A model generated the notes under the pieces. The model was not told where the DNA came from, did no database searches, and saw nothing but the letters and a program-made list of their open reading frames with translations. A stretch of 64,000 nt of DNA from the human T2T-CHM13v2.0 reference genome, Homo sapiens, in assembly GCF_009914755.1 (NCBI RefSeq), contig NC_060940.1, one strand, 5' to 3'. The position numbers and the translations under genes are program-made. Shown here piece by piece: positions 24,259 to 64,000 of the stretch. Each line of letters opens with the position of its first letter. Position 1 is the stretch's first letter.

Positions 24259-24683
24259 CTAGGGCTCACACCAGGCAAGCTGGTGGGAAGGAGGCTAGAG
24301 AACCGGAGGTGGGCAGCTGAAGCAGAATGAATGTGTCTTGGAGCTCCCTGTGCTGTCCCAAGGGTGTCACCTCCCGCTCCTGCTGGGAAGAGCTGCTGGG
24401 GATCTAGGGTGCTGAGCACTGTCAGGGGCACCTGCTGGAAGGTGGGGTCTCCCCCCAGCTATACAAGCACCAGGGAAGGATATCATCAGCAGCGACGGAC
24501 CACGTGTGAGGGCTTCTGTCTTGTGGGGTTAACACTGATGGTTATGGTGTGGTTCTAGGAAGGGACTGTCAGCAGGAGCAGGAGCAAGAGCTACCGGCTG
24601 CAAGACCGCACTGCACGGCACTATCAGAGATGCATCTCACCTCTTTCCCAACGTCACCGTGCAGGAGATGGAATTCCATGTCC

Positions 24684-24982
24684 TTTTTTTTTTTTTTGAG
24701 ACAAGTCTCACTCTGTCACCCAGGCTGGAGTGCAGCTGCACAATCTTGGCTCACTGTAACTTCTCCCTCCTTGGTTCAAGTACTTATTCTCCTGCCTCAG
24801 CCTCCCCAAGTAGCTGGGATTACAGGCATGCACCACCATACCTGGTTAAGTTTTTGTATTTTAGTAGAGACAGAGTTTTACCATGTTGGCCAGGCTGGTC
24901 TTGAACTCCTGACCTCAAGTGATCTGCCTGCCTTGGCCTCCCAAAGTGCTGGGATTATAGGCGGTGAGCCACCACGCCTGGC
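24684..24982 (-). mobile_element. Alu
   Basis: Antisense Alu consensus. Confidence 0.9.
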
Positions 24983-25776
24983 CCCATGTCCTCTTTAGAG
25001 ACAAGGATGCCAGGCCCAGGAAGAACAATGGCTCTGCCAACTGGGCAGTGGGGCAGGAAGTGGCTAGTGAAACTCTCAGAGGCCGTGGTGGATGGTTCCT
25101 CATCTCCTAACGCCTGCTGTCCTCCCTCTTGGTAACAAAACCCTGGTATCTTGGCTGAGCATGTGGCTGCCCAGGACAAAGGCCATCCCCTCCAGCCTAC
25201 TGCTGACCACACTGGGTTGCCACTCAGTCACTAGGGGGCAGAAGTGGGACGTGAACTTGGGGGGTGTCCTGAGGGGAGGAGGGCTCCTATGTCTTTGCTC
25301 CACCCCGTTGGAATGTGGGGGACGCTGGCACACCCAGATCGTGCTGGACCAGGAGGTGACCTTGAAAGGGAAGCCGTAGTTGCACAGTACAGTCAGAGGT
25401 CTGGGCCCAGATCCTGTCAGCCCCTGCTGGCCCTGGCCATGCTGTGAGCTGCTCTCACGTGGGAGCTGCCATGTTGGTGCGTGTGTTGGCCTCTCCAAGG
25501 GCAGTGCTGCTCCTAGTGGCACTAGGCTTGGCCTCTGTTCTTCTGGTCATGGCTGAACCACATCCTAACCAAATTGAGACTTTCAGCTCCATTTCCTGCC
25601 TCTTCCCTCTCACAAGCCCCCCTGCCTGGTTGGGCTCTCCACCCAGAGGCAACAGACAGGAAGTCTAGAAAAGGCCACCCCTGCCTGATCTGAGGGCCCT
25701 TCATGAAGGTAGCAGCCATTCCCTCAGCACGGCAGCCAGGACACCGACCCTGTCGCGGGCTGGCCCCACCGCTCAC

Positions 25777-27358
<1,582 letters not shown>

Positions 27359-27450
27359 TCAGAGAGGGGTTTGGTGACAGAATTAGCATGGGGTTGAGCT
27401 GCTCCTGCGTGGTGGCCTCTGTTTTCACTGACCCTGTCAAGCTTGGGTAT

Positions 27451-28030
<580 letters not shown>

Positions 28031-28277
28031 CTAGCGTCACCATCAGTGTGCAGAGGGGAGGGACGTTTCGGGCAGATGCTGCTCCTGGCTGCTCCCCTCC
28101 GGTCTCCCCCAGCCCCAACACGTCCCAGACACCCTCAGTGTCTCTGCAACCCTGGGAGGCCCATGAGGCCGAGGCACTGCTGGACGGCTGAGTCTGGCAT
28201 TTCCTGAGAAGCTGGAGATGTGGTCTGTGCCCTGGGGAACCGGTTAGAGGGCAGCGGAGGGTTCCTGCCCTCCTTCA

Positions 28278-28613
<336 letters not shown>

Positions 28614-29344
28614 CTAGATGCACACAGCCATGCAGCCTCTGTCCCAGGACTTCGAGGCACTGCTGTGGAGAAGGCGCTACTCAGGGAGAGCCCCAGAGAG
28701 TCCCAACTTGTTTCATCCCTGTGAAGGCTCTAAGCCTCAGTTTCCTAACCTGGTAAGTGGGTGTAATGGTTACATACAGGCTTGTGAAGATGAACTCAGA
28801 TCCGATACAGGGCAAAGGGAGTTTGTCAGCTATGAAATTTCATAGACAGAAGTTATCTAACGCTCCAGTCCAGAGGGATGTTGGAGCCAAAATGGAAAGA
28901 AAGCTGTGTCCCCATGCCACTCGGCTGTTTCTTTGCTCAAGCCCCACATGAGTTCATGACTGTAAGCAAGAGAAGCCGAAGGCGCCACGCCTCCCTCTAC
29001 TATGAGGAAGCCTCTTCCCATCTTCTCTGTGGCCATCACAGAAATAACTCAGTGCATGGGGTAAGAACACAGGCACACACCTCACACAGTGCCCTCGAGG
29101 ACAGCCTGGTGCCTACATGGAGGCAGTCGACACAGTGGTGCGGGCAGAGCAGCAGGGAAGGTGGAAGCAGTGCCTTGGCAGGATCAGTGCCAGGGCAGCT
29201 GCGGGGCGGGGACTCGTTTACCCGCAGCTCCACGCCCAGTGCACTTCCAGCACCTGGAACGGCATCTGGCACACACTGCACTCCACTGGTTCTCAGGGAC
29301 ACAGCTCTCATATGTAAAGTGATTTTAAAATCAGAATGCATCTT

Positions 29345-29733
<389 letters not shown>

Positions 29734-29820
29734 TCAGTGTCATCTTACAGTTGATGGATTACAGTAGTGAACACTTGATAACTACTTGTGGAAGCAAAGA
29801 ATGAAAACAGAAATGGCCTC

Positions 29821-30137
<317 letters not shown>

Positions 30138-30222
30138 CTAGCCATCGGTAGGGAATCAGTTAAGTATATGTTGATGGGCCCACAGAATGGAACACTGTGT
30201 GTCACTATAAATGAAGGTGGTT

Positions 30223-30697
30223 TGTTGGGAGCAAGCCCCCCAAAGTCTGGCCATAAACTGGCCCCAAAACTGGCCATAAATAAAATCTCTGCAGCAATGT
30301 AACACGTCCATAATGGCCATAACACCCAAGCTGGAAGGTTGTGGGCAAGGAACACCTGGCCCGCCCAGGGCGGAAAACCGCTTAAAGGCATTCTTAAGCC
30401 GCAAACAAAAGCCTGAGAGATCTGTGTCTTAAGGGCGTGTTCCTGCTGCAAGTAATTCGGCCCATCCATCCATTTCCCTTAAGGGATACTTTTAGTTAAT
30501 GGAATATCTATAGAAACAATGCTAATGACTGGTTTGCTGTTAATAAATATGTGGGTAAATCTCTGTTCGGGGCTCTCAGCTCTGAAGGCTGTGAGACCCC
30601 TGATTTCCCACTTCGCACCTCTATATTTCTGCGTGTGTGTCTTTAATTCCTCTAGTGCCGCTGGGTTAAGGTCTCCCCGACCGAGCTGGTCTCGGCA
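30223..30697 (+). mobile_element. MER9-type solo LTR (HERV-K HML-3), antisense to ABCA3 in intron 12
   Basis: TG...CA ends (tgttgggagcaagcccccc...ggtctcggca), 6-bp TSD gtggtt/gtgatt, AATAAA at 30542-30547; start matches MER9 as I recall it. Confidence 0.82.
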
Positions 30698-30884
30698 GTG
30701 ATTCTTAAAAAGGTAATACTTAGGTAGAAATATATTTATAAATATAACAACATTCATCAATATGTTTAGATAATAGTTTAAAACTATATTTATAAATAGA
30801 CAAACATATATATGTATTTAAGATATCTGAGTTGTACTGTTAGGTTAAGAAAAGCAACTTGTAAGCATTTTTTACAATATGATT

Positions 30885-31965
<1,081 letters not shown>

Positions 31966-31992
31966 GAATGTGAACATTTTTATAAGAAGCTA

Positions 31993-32685
<693 letters not shown>

Positions 32686-32805
32686 TTATAACAAGTTGGA
32701 CAGCTTTCTTCAAGCCTGGAAGATAAACTCAGGTTACAAAATAATTAAGTCACAGACCAGCAACAGCTCATTCACTGACTAGACAGGCTTGCATTTAATC
32801 TGTGA

Positions 32806-36480
<3,675 letters not shown>

Positions 36481-36527
36481 ATGAAAACTGAAAGAGGCTC
36501 AGGTCACCGACTTAGATCCCACCATCA

Positions 36528-37049
<522 letters not shown>

Positions 37050-37310
37050 TCAGTGCCCTCAAAAGGGGCTTGGGCTCCCCGAGGTACAGGCAACCCCCTA
37101 CTCCTGGGGCCGAGCCACCCAACCTGCTCCTGGCACTTGCCATCTACACGAGACACAAGCTCCAGCACGGGGGGACACCAGGTGTGGCCGGCAGCCCCTT
37201 CTCCAAGTGAGTAGTGCCCCCATCCCAGGGACCCCCACACCAACACCTCCAGCCCCTCCTCCACCTCCCATCCAGCTGCCTCCCTGACACTGCACACCTC
37301 ACGTGGCTGA

Positions 37311-37638
<328 letters not shown>

Positions 37639-37985
37639 GCCTAAGCCCCACTTCTGCCTGGGTTGCCTGATCTCTCTCATTTGTTCATTCATGCATTCGT
37701 CAGATACGCACTGAGCACCTACTCTGTTCTAAGCACCGGGAGGCAGCCCCACACAAAACAGAGAAAATCCCTCCCCTCCCACGCCTGGAATATAGCGGGG
37801 AGACAGAGAGCAAGGTGTGCTGGATGGAGACACATGCTGGATGCAGCAAGGAGGCGCAGGATGGGAGAAGAGGCTCCCGACGGCCGGGAAGGCTTCGAGG
37901 AGGTGACATGTGAGAAGGAGCCGGAAGAGGTGAGAGAGTGGATTACGGAGAGTGGAGAGATGGGCATGTTTTCTGTCCATGCCAG

Positions 37986-45075
<7,090 letters not shown>

Positions 45076-45603
45076 CTGGGAACCTCTAAAAGTACTTAGA
45101 GTGGTGGTGAGGTTGGAGTTTTACCTGGGAGGAGCCTGGGCATACTGAATAACTTCACTTTTTGGAATTTTAGAGGTAAGTAATCAAGTGAAACATTAAA
45201 GGTAATCACTAAAAAAAGAGAAACACAACTTATAGCCTCTGAACCATCCGAGGTAAAAGGCACTACAGAAGGCCAACAGAAGGCAGGAAAGGAAAACAAA
45301 GAAGCAAAAGAGAATGATAACAAAGTGACACACAAAATCCAGACAGGAAAAATGATCTTCAACGTAACTGTCACCGCAAGGCTCTGCACATGGCCGGGCT
45401 CACTGTCCTCACTTCTGGCTCGCCTTCCCTTTGGGCTGCTGGACAGCACTCGGCATGGCCAGCCACACACCTGCCTTCTCTGAATTCTCCTTCTCCCTAA
45501 ATTACGCTGACTTTCCTCCTTCCAGTCCAACCTTCCCCTGGTCAGCTCCTCCCTGGGCAGCTCCACCAGGCCACTCTCCCTTCCGATCACAGCCTCTGGG
45601 TTA

Positions 45604-46026
<423 letters not shown>

Positions 46027-46030
46027 TCAC

Positions 46031-46147
46031 CTTGACACAGAAGAGCAGGGTCATGAAGGAGGCGGCGATGAGGAGGAAGAGGAAGAACAAGAGGAACCAG
46101 GCACTCCAGTGCAGCCAGCTGCTGAGCCCCATCATGCGCATGTACTC
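46031..46147 (-). CDS. ABCA3: ABCA3 exon 9 ([11 protein letters not shown]...LFCVK); first codon is E292
   Basis: 117 nt, GT-AG. Confidence 0.96.
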
Positions 46148-46653
46148 CTGGGGAGAGAAGCCATCACGCTGCTGGGGGCCCGTCACTGCCCGCCATGATG
46201 GCATGTGCCAGGCTGGACGGCAGCAGGCCTGAGTCCGACTGTCCCAGCAGCCCTGCATTTGACAGGGTCTTACTATGTCGGCCAGGCTCATCTTGCTCAA
46301 ACTCCTGGGCTCAAGTGATCTGCCTGCCTCAGCCTCCCAAAGTGCTGGAATTATAGGCATAAGCCACTGCACCCGGCCAGCCCTCCATTCTGTAGAGCGA
46401 TTCCACACTCCCAGTGCATGCTCCCCAGTCTTTCCTGGTACTTGAGATCGTCCCCCGAAGCTACGTCAGGCGGCAGGAGCCCAGCCCTTCTGGGGGTGGG
46501 CCGAAAGACCCTGCCAGTTCCCAACCACGTCAACACCAGCCTCCATGGCTGTGAGACGTGACCACAGATCAGACCATAGCTGTGGATGCCATAGCCATTC
46601 ATTCCCTCAACCTCCCCTACTCTGAAAGGAGGGGCCCAGAACCTCTGCAGTGA

Positions 46654-49080
<2,427 letters not shown>

Positions 49081-50302
49081 TGAGGGCTGAATTCTCATCA
49101 GGCATATTAGTGGGTCTAAGGCATGGACATCTGGAGGCAAAACTGAGGCTAGAATTGACCAGTCCCTGTGCCATGCCAGTCTCACACACGTTATATCTCC
49201 TGGGGCTTTACTAGGAGCTTGTTTTTCCAGCCAACTTTTCTTCCCCCTCAGGTTCTCTGTCTTGCTGAGGACTAACCGACTATTCTTAATAACAAAACTT
49301 TTTTTCTCTAACAAAAGATATTTACTCTGTGTCATTTGCCACAAAGGTTTTCCCCAGTCTGCTATGTGCTTTTTTTTTTTTTTTTTTTAAACCACCATTA
49401 GGTCTTTTCGTGTCTGGCAAATTTCCAGTTTGTACATGCTGAAATCTGTCAGTCTTTTCCTTTGAGATTGGTTTTCTCTTGCTTCCAAGCTTAGGGAATT
49501 GTTCCCCAAAAACAGGAGGGAGCTGAGCAGCTCCTGCCTGGGCCCCAGTCTCAGCAGCCAGTGTCCCCTCCTGCAGTCCCCTGCTGCAGGCAGCAAGCAT
49601 CATGTGTGACAGCTGGACATAGCTTCTCCTGAGCTCCAGGCTGGGTGACCTGTCAAGGGCATCGCTCTGGGGCCTCACACACCCCACACCAGGTCTTGTT
49701 CATCTTAGTTCTAGATGTAAAATCTTGCCCTAGAGCATTAGCCTGGTGACAGCCCTGGCACCAGTAAGGGACATCGCTAAGCGCTGGCTGCATGCATGCT
49801 GTCTCCTGCCTGCCTGGCACTTGTGTCTCAGAATCATGCCTCATGGAGGGATGGGACGTTGCTGTGACTTCCATGGCAAACTTCCATGAGTTCTGTCTCC
49901 TGCCAGACCCGTGAAATACGACGTTCTCCAGAACACCCTGGACTTCCACCCAGAACCTGCAGTGGGGTCTTTCTTGGCCTGACAGCTAAGCCTAGTCCTG
50001 GGTCCGAGTCACTTCTTGGCTGTCCCTAGCTCAGTTCCAAGACAAGACCATGCTTCAGAGGAGGCACACGTACCAACCACCTGCCCAGGTCCACACGAAG
50101 ACACACACTGATGGGGCATCAGAGTAACCAAGATCTGGCTTCCATGAACACCACACTGATTCCGTCAAACCATGGATCAGGTGCACAAGGACCACGGAGC
50201 TAAAAATGCCAGTAAGTCTGTACACAGAGAAGGCCCGGCAGAAAAAGAAAATGTAAACCAAGCCCCATGAACTCAAACGGGAGCTTTTAAAAGCTGACGT
50301 AC

Positions 50303-50624
<322 letters not shown>

Positions 50625-50762
50625 TCAAGAGCACGTCTTCCAGGATATAGAGAAAGGGCCTTTGCTATCTTCAAGGATTATTTTAGTCTTTCAGAAACCA
50701 GTTATACTGGATGTTTTACTTTTCCTATAAACAAGAGTAAATGTTCCTGAAAAGTATTTCTT

Positions 50763-51798
<1,036 letters not shown>

Positions 51799-51893
51799 TG
51801 AAAAGTATTTCTTCAAGAAATACTTTTGCAAAGTGGGGCTGCCCCCATATGACTGTCACTAGTCAACAGCCCGGGCTGGTAACACGAACCCTA

Positions 51894-52163
<270 letters not shown>

Positions 52164-52360
52164 TCACAGACGAGAACTCACCACTCCCCCGCCTCTGAGT
52201 ATCTCCAACAGGCCCCGGAATGTCACACTGAGTGGTCCCTGTCCTAGCAGGAGCAGGGAGCCACACAGGGGCCCCTTTTGGGGGGTGGTTCTTGGCCATT
52301 CCTAATTCCATTGTGAAGTGCCACCGAGTGTTCAGGATCCCTGGAGGGCCGCCAACCACA

Positions 52361-52983
<623 letters not shown>

Positions 52984-53873
52984 TCAGGTCACTGGCAGAT
53001 GAAAGACGGCAAATCCTCTAGGGCTTTGTAAACCCTTCCTGAGACTCAAGGCAGCTTTCATCTTTGGCAGAGAGACAAGCTGCCATCAAGGAGGGCAGAA
53101 TGGCAGGGTCAGAGCCCCAGGCAGTGAGTTCTCCTGGTGCGGGTTTTTTGGAGCAGAGCTGGAGGCTCCGGGTAGCGCCTGCAGCAAGGCCCAGGGGAGC
53201 AAACCCACCACCCACCCTGCAGTGGGCTCTGCAGCCCGGGGTGGCTTCTCTTTCTCAAAACCAGAATGGTGTGTTTTTAGAAATGGAGTGGATGCTAACT
53301 CAGAGTGTCTCAAAGGCTTTTTCTATCATCTGGACACTCCTTAACAATTCAGAAAGGGTTTTACTGTCGTCATTTTGTGAGGGACCAAGGCACTTCCTCT
53401 GAGTATTTGCTACAAGGAATTAAAGCCCGGGAGGTAAATGCCCAAATGAGGAGGGGAAAATGGAGGACAGCTTTCATCCCGACAGCAAGGGTTTAGGAAC
53501 GGTGAGCAGCACTCACAGTGGGAGTTCCCTTCTCAGGCTTTCTCATCACTGTTTTCAGAGCTGCCCACCCAAAACCACGTCCCAGAAAAGGTTCTTGGCA
53601 CCACACGGTCAAACTGTGCCCTGCCCTTGTCACAGAAGGGCTTTCCCTGGCTCAAGTCCACCCAGGCATCCCTGTAAAGTCCTGTCCACCCTACTGACCA
53701 TCAGATGCAGTTCCAGGGCCTGGTACTGCTAAGGCTGCTGCACCTGCTGCTCCCCGGGGTCCTCACAGCTCTGCACAGGTGGGCGGCCAGCCCTGGTCCC
53801 ATTGTACAATCAGGCATGGCCACAGAGAAGCTGGGGGATTCCTTGGGTGGCTCAGCCGCCGAGAAGAGATTTG

Positions 53874-54274
53874 ATGCTAGATGGGCTTGATGGCTTCCTA
53901 GTCTTAGTGCCATCAGGCAAGCAAAAACCTCACTTTCTTTTTTCCCTTTTTCTGCCAGGTCGTATTTAAGTCCCAAATATCTGCTACTTTCCTTATGTAT
54001 CTTATTGGACTCTGTTCACAGAGGCCTGGAGACCAGTAATGTCTTTCATAAAATGAGGGAACAGAAAGGAGCCTGGGGCAACTGCAGGCAGGTGCATTTT
54101 CTAACCTGTTCTGCCCCATGGGTTAAAATGTCACCAGGGTCCCTTTGGTGGGGACTGTGATGGTGCTATCGGACCCAAAGGAGAGACTGCTATTTACTCG
54201 CAGGCAGGCAGAGGTTTAAGGAACAGCAGTGCCTTTTACAGGTTGAAGTAGTGATGCGGGAAGAAGCAGAGGCC
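53874..54274. repeat. copy B of the ~400-bp dispersed direct repeat (intron 5)
   Basis: Aligns with 52361-52745, with two ~9-nt insertions. Confidence 0.9.
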
Positions 54275-54394
54275 AAGTCTGCACAGGGTGAACTCCTCAC
54301 CCAGCTGCTTCGCACATCCTGGGCTCGACCCCTGCCTGCCCAGCTGCGTGGAGGCACCACTAGGCCTGGCACCGAGAGCCCCGGCATGTCTCAC

Positions 54395-54659
54395 CTCGCA
54401 TGTTGATCACAAGTGCCCTGCGCACTGTCTCAGTGACGGTCTTGGCAGCGTCACTGTGAGAAGGGATGTAGGCAAGCTCCCAGGTGTCTCCTGGCGGAGG
54501 GAAGGTGAAGAACAGAGGCAGCTCCTGGATGGACTGGCCCGGGTAGATGGTGGCGTTGGGCACATTTTCCGACTGAATCTTCAAGCGGAGCCAGATGAGG
54601 ATCCCAGAAAACAGCAATGGCAGGAAGAGTTCCAGGACCGTCACCAGGACCTTCCGCTT
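54395..54659 (-). CDS. ABCA3: ABCA3 exon 5 ([14 protein letters not shown]...VINMR)
   Basis: 265 nt, GT-AG; TM1. Confidence 0.96.
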
Positions 54660-54797
54660 CTGGAAGAGATACAATAGGGCACGGTGATGGGCTGCAAGGC
54701 AGAAGCAGGGGCATGCAGACAGCCCTTCCCTCAAGGGCATCCCCAGGAGCCTCTGGGCTAGGCACGCAGCTGACCTCCCTCCAGAGTCTGGACGCAC

Positions 54798-54851
54798 CTG
54801 CAGGGTGTAGTTCTTCCAGAGGAGGAGCGCCAGCTGCCTGAGCACAGCCAT
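54798..54851 (-). CDS. ABCA3: ABCA3 exon 4, coding part ([18 protein letters not shown]); the exon starts at 54877
   Basis: ATG in acgATGg context; ABCA-family LLLWKN motif; GT donor at 54796-54797. Confidence 0.96.
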
Positions 54852-54978
54852 CGTCTTGCTGAAAGGGACGCCCAGTGCTAGTTACAGACCAAAGACAGAG
54901 AGTGTGGGTGCGCAATAGAAACACGCAGAGTGGGGATTTGGGGAAAAGCCATGGACCCTTTTTCCTCCATGTCTCTCA

Positions 54979-56805
<1,827 letters not shown>

Positions 56806-56837
56806 TCATGAACTTCAAGAGTTCATGAGCTGCTAAC

Positions 56838-57142
56838 CTGCTAGAGAAGTAGGTGGTCTGAGTAAGTTCAAGTAGGCGCTGCAACCCGCAGGAAATAGGA
56901 GAAACGTGCTCTGAAAACTGAGTGTAAAGAGGGCGAGGTGTGCAGACGTGGCTGCTCTGTCCTGGAGAGGCAGGGAAGGCGATGGAGGAGGGGCAGTCTA
57001 GAGAGCCCCTGGTGCTGGTCCACTCGCTACAACTGCAGGCAGAGAGGAGTCCTTCCCGCTCAGCGTCCTTCATGTGCGGAAAAGCCTCCTTGACTCACAG
57101 TGGAAGAGTTTCAGGTTCAGTTGCTCAGCTCCACACTCATGG
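56838..57142 (-). other. ABCA3: ABCA3 non-coding exon 3 (5' UTR)
   Basis: AG at 57143-57144, GT at 56836-56837; matches the recalled ABCA3 mRNA leader. Confidence 0.8.
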
Positions 57143-58032
57143 CTGATCCAAACCCAACATCATCCATCAGCCAGGTTAAGATGCACGGGATAGAAAGGCA
57201 AACAATTAGCGAGTCATTCCTAGATCACCATGAGCTAGCGCTCCCCGACAATGACCCGGGAGACTCCAGCGCACGGGGAAGGGTTTTTTTTTTTTTTTAA
57301 ATGACCCATTTTACTTTTGGTTTGGTTTCAGTCCATTGAAAATCATTTATATCAAGGCTCTTTTTAAATTAAAACTCTTGCTTTTTTTTTTTTTTAAGAT
57401 GTGGCTGTTGATATCTAATAATATTCAAAATTTATGCTTTAAAGGGTAGTCAATAAATATTTACATGAAATACAACTGCAAACAGTTAAAAATTAATTTA
57501 AAATATGACTTTTAATGAATCATATTGTTAAAAAGTGAAGAAATTAAAGCTAAAATAGTATGAAGTGCTATTAAGGGGCAACTTAATAAATTATCCCAAT
57601 TCTTTTAAAATTAATAAGGTAGAAGACCTGTCTCAAAGTCAGTTGCTGATGATGAATAAAACAGCAGTGACTTAAAGATACACATTAAGGCCTGTGGTTT
57701 ATAAAAGGTTTCTAGAAGTGGTTTAGGCAAAAAGAAGAGGCCGGTGCCTCCATTTGGGGCCATCATCCCGGGGAAGTACACTCCAGATGGGCGTGGGGTT
57801 GGCTGAGATGAACGTTCTGCCTCTACCAAGTGAGGAATATAAAACCGTCACAGTTCAAAGAAGTCTTCTGGTTAGAGGAACAGACAACCTCCCTTACTGG
57901 AAGTCTGGCCAAGAAAGGAAAGATCCCCATGCTTAATCTTGTCCTCTCCAGTCCCAGGGCTGGGAGAGAAGGTCAGAAAGATAGACCACCCCCCTTCCCA
58001 CACAGGCTGCAGGGCAGTACCAGGGAACTCAC

Positions 58033-58239
58033 CTGGGTCCCAGAAGAGGCTCCACACAGCAGGTCTCCCTTCAGGACTACTGGGGAACTGGCCAGGAGGA
58101 GGCGGCTCCGCACAGAGGGCTCCGGGGTGGGGCCTGAGAGCCTCTGGAGTGGGGCAGGGCAACCCTGAGGTTTGGGAACACCGTGACCTCGCAGGACATC
58201 AGGAGGTGCCCAGGGCTCACAGGCATGACTCTCCAGCAC
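58033..58239 (-). other. ABCA3: ABCA3 non-coding exon 2 (5' UTR)
   Basis: AG at 58240-58241, strong CAG|GTGAGT donor; matches the recalled mRNA leader. Confidence 0.8.
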
Positions 58240-58396
58240 CTTTGGACAGATGGAAGGTGTTTGAGTGTAATTTGGAAAATAATTATAAAACACCTCTTAC
58301 CAAGTTAGAAAACAGAAGAGCAAAATAGATTTTGAGGATGTTACTTAAAACTGAGCAGATCTGATAAAAAATTTTGGATTTAGAAAATAAACACCT

Positions 58397-59880
<1,484 letters not shown>

Positions 59881-60620
59881 CCGAGGTTTTATCTCTGTGC
59901 CCCCACGGCACCCAGCTTGTTGCCTGATACGTGTGAGGCTTTACCTAAAGTCTCACTGAACACTACGCTTGCATCTGTTCTGTTTCAGCAAAAGGAGTTT
60001 AAAGGAAGAGATCCTAGAATTACAAAATCTGGCAAGTTTTTTGTTACAAAAGCAAATGTACACAAGAGAAAGAAGTTAATGTTCCTTCTGCACTTGACGC
60101 CGAGGCGGCAGAGTCTCCAGAAGTGCTGATGACTGAGGCCCAGGACCGGCCCCGGCTGAGCCCCCATCAGCTACTCTAAGTTAAACACTCAGGACTCCAG
60201 CCACTCCTAAAGCTGCCGCCTCTGCCCAGCAAGAGGACAAGAGCAGAGCTTCAAGAACTTCCCTTTGAAGAGGCTCTCTTCACTAGTCCCGGGACACAGT
60301 CAGGAAAGGGAAGGCAAACCTTTTCCCCTCTCTATAAAAGGTTTGCTTACTGTTAAAATATTAAACATCACACATATCATTGAGTATCTCAATGTTTGTT
60401 TTTTAGGTAAGCAACTGACTCGGTGCAGAGTGAGCGCATACTGCAGGCTGCTCATTTCTCAGAACTCTCTTGATGGCACAAATTCTTCTACAAATGGTCT
60501 TTCCAGTAACTGTTGTCAGCTCAAGAGCCATCGGCTGTGCCAGTTAACAAGCGCTGTGGCTCTTCAGGCGGCCAGTGCTCAGCAGCAAATTGGAGAAATC
60601 CCAAACTCCTCCATTTCTTT

Positions 60621-63950
<3,330 letters not shown>

Positions 63951-64000
63951 GCCAGCTTTACTGACATTTAATACTTGGACAGACCCTGGTGTTCACGCTG

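Overview
Human (primate) genomic DNA, GC-rich and very Alu-dense. It holds almost all of ABCA3, the lamellar-body/surfactant lipid ABC transporter, on the minus strand. Present are non-coding exons 2-3, all 30 coding exons (4-33; 5115-nt CDS, 1704 aa; ATG at 54851, TGA at 5120-5122) and the 3' UTR with AATAAA at 4342-4347. Exon 1 and the promoter lie beyond the right edge. Exon numbering and the identity of the UTR exons rest on my recall of the mRNA; coding boundaries were checked for GT-AG and frame. Downstream on the plus strand are the MIR940 and MIR4717 hairpins. The introns carry three minisatellites (74, 80 and 52 bp units), a 5'-inverted L1PA with TSDs, a MER9 (HERV-K HML-3) solo LTR, a processed RPS16 pseudogene, Charlie1/MaLR/L1M relics and dozens of Alus. 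The most interesting unexplained signals are: (1) a ~400-bp paralogous segment at the 5' end of both intron 5 and intron 6, bracketing exon 6; (2) a spliced 174-aa upstream ORF overlapping the ABCA3 start codon; (3) a latent in-frame 150-nt pseudoexon with a GC donor in intron 25; (4) a tandemly duplicated exon-18 donor; (5) stop-free 3n introns 4 and 27; (6) an L1 inserted at the apex of a palindrome. No clearly new biological system was found.
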